A stretch of 64,000 nucleotides of DNA from the human T2T-CHM13v2.0 reference genome, Homo sapiens. The notes below the pieces were generated by a model, which worked only from the letters and a program-made list of their open reading frames with translations, was not told where the DNA came from and did no database searches. Where the stretch lies: NCBI RefSeq assembly GCF_009914755.1, contig NC_060941.1, one strand, 5' to 3'. The position numbers were made by a program, and so were the translations under genes. The stretch's first letter is position 1, and every line of letters starts with the position of its first letter. Shown here one piece after another: positions 62,301 through 64,000 of the stretch.

Positions 62301-64000
62301 TTTGGACCACTCTGTGGCCTTCGTTCGAAACGGGTACATCTTCGCATAAAATCTAGACAGAAGCCTTCTCAGAAACTTCTCTGTGATGATTGCATTCAAC
62401 TCACAGAGTTGAACCCTCCTATGGATAGAGCAGTGTTGAAACTCTCTTTTTGTGGAATCTGCAAGCGGATATGTGGACCTCTCCGAAGATGTCTTTGGCA
62501 ACGGGAATATCTTCACATAAAAACTAAACAGAAGCATTCTCAGAAACTTCTCTGTGATGTTTGTGTTCAAATCCCAGAGTTTCACATTGCTTCTCATAGA
62601 GTAGTTCTGAAACATGCTTTTCGTAGTGTCTGCAAGTGGACATTTGGAGCGCTTTCAGGCCTGTGGTGGAAAACGAATTATGGTCACATAAAAACTGGAG
62701 AGAAGCATTGTCAGAAACTTCTTTGTGATGATTGCATTCAAGTCACCGAGTTGAAGGTTCCTTTTCAAAGAGCAGTTTCCAATCACTCTTTCTGTGGAAT
62801 CTGCAAGTGGATATTTGGACCTCTTTGAAGATTTCGTTGGAAACGGGAGAATCTTCACAGAAAAGCTAAACAGAAGCATTCTCAGAAACTTCTTTGTGAT
62901 GCTTGCATTCAACTCACAGAGTTGAACTTTCCTTTCGAGAGAGAAGCTTTGAAACACCCTTTTTCCAGAATCTGCAAGTGGACATTTGGAGGGCTTTGAG
63001 GCCTGTGGTGGAAAAGGAATTATCTTCCCGTAAAAGCTAGATAGAAGCATTCTCAGAAACTACTTTGTGATGATTGCATTCAAGTCACAGAGTTGAACAT
63101 TCCCTTTGACAGAGCAGTTTGGAAACTCTCTTTGTGTAGAATCTGCAAGTGGAGATATGGACCGCTTTGAGGCCTATGGTAGTAAAGGAAATAGCTTCAT
63201 ATAAAAGCTAGACAGTAGCATTCACAGAAAACTCTTGGTGACGACTGAGTTTAACTCACAGAGCTGAACATTCCTTTGGATGGAGCAGTTTCGAAACACA
63301 CTATTTGTAGAATGTGCAAGTGGATATGTGGGCCTCTCTGAGGATTTCGTTGGAAACGGGATAAACCGCACAGAACTAAACAGAAGCATTCTCAGAACCT
63401 TCTTCGTGATGTTTGCATTCAACTCACAGTGTTGAACCTTTCTTTGATAGTTCAGGTTTGAAACGGTCTTTCTGTAGAAACTGCAAGTAGATATTTGGAC
63501 CTCTCTGAGGATTTCGTTGGAAACGGGATAAACCGCACACAACTAAAACAGAAGCATTCTCAGAACCCTCTTCGTGATGTTTGCATTCAACTCACGGTGC
63601 TGAACCTTTCTTTGATAGTTCAGCTTTGAAACACTCTTTTTGTAGAAACTGCAAGTGGATATTTGGTCCTCTCTGAGGATTTCGTTGGAAACGGGATAAA
63701 CCGCACAGAACTAAACAGAAGCATTCTCAGAACCTTCTTCGTGATGTCTGCATTCAACTCACAGTGTGGAACCTTTCTTTGATAGTTCAGGTTTGAAACA
63801 CTCTTTTTGTAGAAACTGCAAGGGGATCATTGCACTTCTTTGAGGCCTACCGTAGTAAAGGAGATAACTTCCTATAAAAAGAAGACAGAAGCTTTCTCAG
63901 AAAATTCTTTGGGATGATTGAGTTGAGCAAACAGAGCTGAACACTCCTTGCGATGTAGCAGTTTAGAAACACACTTTCTGCAGAATCTGCAAGTGCATAT
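59312..64000 (+). repeat. One full 16-mer (59312-62026) plus a partial copy running off the window end
   Basis: Anchor spacing 59505 to 62220 is 2715. The window ends within m12. Confidence 0.93.

Larger units (their letters stand above)
1..64000 (+). repeat. Alpha-satellite higher-order repeat array (16-mer, 2715 bp), most likely human chr17 D17Z1, suprachromosomal family 3
   Basis: Monomers of 167-171 bp begin CATTCTCAGAAA-like and carry CENP-B or pJ-alpha boxes. The same ORF recurs at 279, 2994, 5709 ... 62220 with period 2715; exceptions are 2714, 2380 and 2547. There is one GAATTC per typical unit (2075, 4790, 7505...). A 2.7-kb EcoRI 16-mer with 15-mer and 14-mer variants is the established description of D17Z1. 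Confidence is about 0.99 for alpha-satellite HOR and about 0.9 for D17Z1. Confidence 0.95.

Noticed and set aside
1-64000. Hidden transposon insertion, inversion, unique island or novel gene system
   Set aside because: Every inter-anchor distance is explained by 2715, 2714, 2547 or 2380 bp, leaving no room for inserted DNA. All monomers are in the same orientation, and I saw no Alu or L1 sequence, poly-A tail or target-site duplication.
1-64000. Assignment to other alpha arrays (DXZ1 12-mer, D11Z1 5-mer, D1Z5-type 11-mer, or dimeric SF1/SF2 arrays)
   Set aside because: The unit is 16 monomers with runs of adjacent B-type monomers rather than strict A/B alternation, and has the internal triplication with 15-mer and 14-mer derivatives. 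This fits D17Z1 best, though an alignment to reference HORs is needed to confirm.

Overview
The whole 64 kb window is an uninterrupted, single-orientation human-type alpha-satellite array. Monomers of about 171 bp are organised as a 16-monomer, 2715-bp higher-order repeat (HOR), with 23 complete copies plus partial copies at both ends. The unit size, one EcoRI site per unit, pentameric (suprachromosomal family 3, W1-W5) architecture and a three-fold internal repeat of short CENP-B-box monomers match what I recall of the chromosome 17 centromeric array D17Z1 (p17H8-type). That assignment is from recognition, not a database search. I see no genes, RNA genes, transposon insertions, inversions or CRISPR arrays. 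All ORFs in the track are by-products of the satellite, and I found no evidence of a novel protein-coding system. The informative signal is in the copy-to-copy variation: one 14-mer and one 15-mer deletion variant whose breakpoints both fall in CENP-B-box-containing identity tracts, a recent four-HOR expansion block, a haplotype switch near 29-31 kb, long-range shared variant patches, recurrent CENP-B box decay and a run of EcoRI-less units. Variant lists were read by eye and need an alignment to confirm.
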